From Patescibacteria group bacterium (GTDB taxonomy: Bacteria > Patescibacteriota > Patescibacteriia > Magasanikbacterales > UBA922), in the NCBI GenBank assembly GCA_041651535.1, contig JBAZIZ010000003.1, positions 19,357-83,356 of the forward strand: 64,000 nucleotides of DNA, written 5' to 3'. The notes under the pieces are model-generated. The model saw only the letters and a program-made list of their open reading frames with translations. It was not told the DNA's origin and did not search any database. Shown here one piece after another: positions 62,185 through 64,000 of the stretch (the first letter of the stretch is position 1; each line of letters begins with the position of its first letter). The translations under genes were made by a program, and so were the position numbers.

Positions 62185-62216
62185 TATATTTACTAACCGA
62201 ACGGTAAGTAAATATA
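62185..62216. promoter_or_regulatory. Palindromic operator candidate for the TetR regulator
   Basis: TATATTTACTAACCG-AA-CGGTAAGTAAATATA overlapping a minus-strand TTGACT-17-TATATT promoter. Confidence 0.7.
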
Positions 62217-62356
62217 TCATTGTTTTAAAAAACAGTCAAACAGGGCTGTGTATAAATAAAAATAGTTAAAATTTATTAGAGATTCTTGACAAAAAAACAA
62301 AAATAAGCTAGTTTTAATTTAGCTAGTGCCCTTTTATAAAAATTGGAGGAAAAAAA

Positions 62357-62806
62357 ATGTTTGAGAAAAAAACAAGACTTACTGTCGAAGAAATTTCGAA
62401 ACTTGTATACCATAATCTGGAATACAAGTTTCAGGAAAAACTTTCTGGACCGGAAAAACCGAAAAAGGAAAGGAGAAAAAAAATTTTTTATCAGAAAATT
62501 TGTGAGCCAATTGCTCACAACCTGATTAAAAACGACAGTTCAATTCCGATATTGGACTTCAAAATTTTTTCAAAAATTCTTGAAGAACTGGGCGTGTTTT
62601 CAATTCTCGGAATCGAAGAAAAAATGGTTGCCAATGAAATGGCGACTATAATCTTCGACGAATGGTACAACAACTTTTTTCCAGAAGATCCCTATAGAGT
62701 TTTCTGGAATATGGTACTTTCTGCCGAGTGTCTGGCAGAAAAATTTAACATGAAAGCAATTGAGGTGGTTGCGGAAATGTTCCCTATTAAAGCACCAAAA
62801 ATTTAG
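62357..62806 (+). CDS. Hypothetical protein
   Basis: 149-aa ORF with GGAGG SD and a downstream hairpin TAACTCTCGC-AGAC-GCGAGGGTTA. Confidence 0.65.
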   Translation: MFEKKTRLTVEEISKLVYHNLEYKFQEKLSGPEKPKKERRKKIFYQKICEPIAHNLIKNDSSIPILDFKIFSKILEELGVFSILGIEEKMVANEMATIIFDEWYNNFFPEDPYRVFWNMVLSAECLAEKFNMKAIEVVAEMFPIKAPKI

Positions 62807-62848
62807 TCCACCCCCCTAACTCTCGCAGACGCGAGGGTTATTTTATTA

Positions 62849-63544
62849 TTAGAGTTGTGTTATCTCAATATCTGAAAAATTATCTTTTTGTTTAAGATAA
62901 ATATTTTTTGTTTTAACTAATTCAAGAATCGCTAAAAAACTAACAATAATTTCTGTTTTATTTTTATCATTATTTAAAATTTGAGAAAAATTTATTTTTT
63001 TTTGTTTTTTCAAAAAATCTCTAATCGCAGTTATTTTATCTTTTAAAAGAATAGTTCTGTCTATACTTGTTTTTGGTAAAGGTTTTGGTGGTTTAATTTT
63101 AAACAAAACTTTTTCCATTGTTTTTTGTAAAGCAAACAAAGACAAATTTTCAGGTAAAAAAAATTCATTTGTTTTTTTTGCTGGTTCTAATCTGGATACA
63201 GCTTTTTTATCAGCTAACCATTTTTTATTTATTTCACGGCTAAGCTCTAAATATTTTTTATATAATTTAAGCTGTTCTTCTAGATTACTCTCGTCTTCTT
63301 CTTCAGGCATAAATTGTGGTAAAATCGCTTTTGACTTCAAAAGTAAAAGCCGACTAGCCAAAACCAAAAAATCAGCCAATTCTTCTGCTTGGATTTCTTC
63401 CATTTTTTCTAAATAATCTAAATAATTTTCAGTAACAGCTGAAATTGAAATTTCACTAATTTCCATTTTCTTTTCATCAATTAAAGAAAGAAGAAGATCA
63501 AAAGGTCCACTAAAATTTTTAAAATTTACGTTAAAACTATTCAT
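62849..63544 (-). CDS. scpA: Segregation and condensation protein A
   Basis: FSGPFDLLLSLI, ADFLVLASRLLLLKSK, IVSFLAILELVK. Confidence 0.94.
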   Translation of the reverse strand: MNSFNVNFKNFSGPFDLLLSLIDEKKMEISEISISAVTENYLDYLEKMEEIQAEELADFLVLASRLLLLKSKAILPQFMPEEEDESNLEEQLKLYKKYLELSREINKKWLADKKAVSRLEPAKKTNEFFLPENLSLFALQKTMEKVLFKIKPPKPLPKTSIDRTILLKDKITAIRDFLKKQKKINFSQILNNDKNKTEIIVSFLAILELVKTKNIYLKQKDNFSDIEITQL

Positions 63545-64000
63545 ATTTTTTCTTTTTATTGTAAAAATGTATTACCAGCAAATCTTTTAAAATAAAAAAC
63601 CCATGTTTAAAAAAAGAAACTCCCCCCCGATTTATTAAACATTTTTCTTTTATTATAACAGGTAATTCCTTTTTTTTAAAATTATTTTTTTCAGCAAGTA
63701 AAAATATTTCTAAATCAAACACCCAACGGCCAGTTTTAATTTTAGAAAAAATTATTTCAGCACTATTTTTATCAAAAATCTTTAATCCACATTGAGTATC
63801 AGTATATTTTTTTAATTCTGTTGGCAAAAATAAACGAAAAATTTTACTCATAATTTTTCGATAAAATTTATATTGACGAGCTTTATTTATTTTTCTGTTA
63901 CCAAAGATAAAATTATAATTTTCAAAATTCGTACTTTGATTTAAAAAATCCAAACCATAAGGCAATTCAATATCAGTAAAAGCAAAAAAATCAAATTCTT
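63537..64000 (-). CDS. Family 2 glycosyltransferase (Dol-P-glucose synthase-like), 5' part outside window
   Basis: FTDIELPY, DTQCGLKIF, WVFDLEI. Confidence 0.8.
   Translation of the reverse strand, partial: EFDFFAFTDIELPYGLDFLNQSTNFENYNFIFGNRKINKARQYKFYRKIMSKIFRLFLPTELKKYTDTQCGLKIFDKNSAEIIFSKIKTGRWVFDLEIFLLAEKNNFKKKELPVIIKEKCLINRGGVSFFKHGFFILKDLLVIHFYNKKKKYE

Noticed and set aside
1881-62525. Numerous short antisense or alternate-frame ORFs in the track (for example 2916, 3750, 13189, 14440, 42398, 45015, 60614)
   Set aside because: They overlap well-supported genes and show the Phe/Ser/Leu/Ile-rich composition of shadow frames.
1-64000. Alternative genetic code (UGA recoding) or prophage
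   Set aside because: Conserved genes are full length under code 11, avd ends at TGA, and no phage structural, terminase or integrase genes are recognisable.

Overview
AT-rich bacterial chromosome segment read with the standard genetic code. Gene content (giant Cys-rich surface protein, orphan peptide-binding protein next to secG, tandem gpmI, mostly SD-less starts) points to a Patescibacteria/CPR (Parcubacteria-like) genome; this is an inference. The backbone is mostly minus-strand housekeeping genes (nusA, queA, mltG, tyrS, valS, gpmI, eno, pgk, gap, ruvC, trpS, rnj, secG, tsf, rpsB, rsmA, rpmF, nusB, rnc, scpA, tRNA-Lys, tRNA-Arg, a TetR-RND operon). Four accessory modules stand out. (1) A complete diversity-generating retroelement: TR 6611-6732 and VR 8247-8368 differ at 19 positions, all TR adenines. 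Its layout alternates strands, TR(+)/avd(-)/RT(+)/target(-), and the target is DUF5701-like. (2) A radical SAM/SPASM gene followed by an unannotated 52-aa Cys/Asp-rich peptide ORF, a candidate RiPP system. (3) A tandem array in which three divergent lipoprotein paralogs alternate with duplicated 3' ends of a ~2,960-aa giant gene, all cut at the same breakpoint and one carrying an alternative C-terminus. (4) An orphan PemK/MazF-like gene facing a promoter-driven ~65-nt structured RNA. Product calls rest on motif recognition by eye; no searches were run.
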